Positions 63,069-64,000 of a stretch of 64,000 bases of DNA are shown here, one piece after another. The DNA comes from Candidatus Sumerlaeaceae bacterium (GTDB lineage: Bacteria; Sumerlaeota; Sumerlaeia; Sumerlaeales; Sumerlaeaceae), in the NCBI GenBank assembly GCA_049968255.1, contig JBMFRB010000003.1:192998-256997 (forward strand), given 5' to 3'. The first letter of the stretch is position 1. Each line of letters opens with the position of its first letter. The position numbers were made by a program, and so were the translations under genes. A model generated the notes under the pieces. That model searched no databases, was not told the DNA's origin, and worked only from the letters and a program-made list of their open reading frames with translations.

Positions 63069-63112
63069 GCCGTGGCGAGGGACGGGAGTCCCTCCCACGG
63101 CTTTTTGTTTTT
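63069..63112 (+). terminator. Intrinsic terminator
   Basis: GCCGTGG/CCACGGC plus GAGGGAC/GTCCCTC stem (14 bp, one bulge), GGGA (GNRA) loop, then TTTTTGTTTTT. Confidence 0.75.
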
Positions 63113-63171
63113 CGCGGCAATTAGCATGGGGGCGATTTATGCGACAAACAGTCGGCATGATGAAATGTTCC

Positions 63172-63207
63172 TTCACGACAGAAACGCAGTTAATATAATA
63201 ATATAAT
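63172..63207 (+). promoter_or_regulatory. Possible sigma70-type promoter
   Basis: TTCACG (63172-77), 16-nt spacer, TATAAT (63194-99). A second TATAAT at 63202-07 arises from a tandem TAATATAA duplication. Confidence 0.35.
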
Positions 63208-63372
63208 GTTCTCTCAATAGCAAAAAAAGAGAACGATGGCACGTCTCGCCTCTGACGCCGGAGCTGGCGTCAGGAATCATGAGCTCATGCCATACGGCTT
63301 TTCTGCCAACACGGTACTTCGCGCAAGTTTGGGGACGGCTACCGGCGGCCGAGCGCTGGTTTGTCGTTTTTG

Positions 63373-64000
63373 TCAATTCGCCTTCGTATCGATTGGCTCC
63401 TGTGGGGAGGACCTCACAGCGCGTGGCTGTCCGTGGCCGCGAGGCCGATCGCGCGTCTCCGATTCTCTCGAGCTTTCGCGCATCGCCGCAGACTTTGTCC
63501 GCAGCGTTGACAAGAGCTCCGTTAGGTCATCGAGCTGATTCTGAACGTTTTCCAGCCGCCGCCGCAATTCATCCTGCTCGCGCTGCAAGCGGTCGAGTTG
63601 GCGCAGGGCCCCTTCGATGGCCTCCTGGCTCGTGCGTTCCTGCTGCCACATAGCACGCGTGAGCGCCCCGAACCACTCTCCGGCATTTCCAGCTTCATCG
63701 AGGCGATCGAGTTGGGCAAGCACTGCCCCGTAGTAGCGCCGCCAACGTTTTGCCATCGGAGTGCCCTCACCCTTCGTGGCTTGGTGCTCGGCAGGCGCAG
63801 GATGCTCATCAAGCTGGTCGAGCCGAAGCTTCACTTCCTGTTCAATGATGCGACGATCAGCTTTGAGTTGACTCAGAAGGGCAATAGACTGTGTATTGAG
63901 TTCATCCTCGCGCTTGAGCACCTCGTGAAATCGTGCCAACTGCTCCGCCGCGGGCCTTTCCGAACTTCGCGCAATCTGCTCGCGCTCGCGTTGTAGCTTC
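63373..64000 (-). CDS. Coiled-coil hypothetical protein, 5' end beyond the window
   Basis: The frame of ORF 63373..63939 is open to the window end (KLQREREQIARSS...); heptad-rich Q/E/L/R composition. Confidence 0.7.
   Translation of the reverse strand, partial: KLQREREQIARSSERPAAEQLARFHEVLKREDELNTQSIALLSQLKADRRIIEQEVKLRLDQLDEHPAPAEHQATKGEGTPMAKRWRRYYGAVLAQLDRLDEAGNAGEWFGALTRAMWQQERTSQEAIEGALRQLDRLQREQDELRRRLENVQNQLDDLTELLSTLRTKSAAMRESSRESETRDRPRGHGQPRAVRSSPQEPIDTKAN

Overview
A densely coding bacterial chromosomal window of roughly 60% GC (judged by eye and spot counts). It is mostly housekeeping and envelope genes: purF, a TrpB2-type enzyme, yajC-HD-secDF, an EF-G paralogue, livH/livM, ndk, mutS, udgB-nfo, nagA, an ftsX/envC-like pair, uppS-cdsA, bioB, tsaE, several glycosyltransferases, pbpC, a Ser/Thr kinase, mgtE, a sirtuin, a MalK-like ATPase, a GGDEF-EAL protein and class II fba. 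I saw no rRNA, tRNA, CRISPR array, integrase or transposase. The stand-out object is a single 2152-aa ORF (31992-38450). It fuses a DnaG-primase-type CHC2 zinc-binding domain, about 1750 aa of TPR-like solenoid (a 54-aa unit nested in a threefold 386-aa super-repeat), and a near-intact DnaA AAA+ domain that lacks the DnaA-box-binding domain IV. Second is the tail of a lower-GC three-gene cassette of unknown function at 1-2496, possibly a defence island. Smaller oddities are an EF-G paralogue with NKxN instead of NKxD, a GT2-methyltransferase fusion with no DxD motif, and several orphan subunits. All functional calls are motif-based by eye; no database searches were run.
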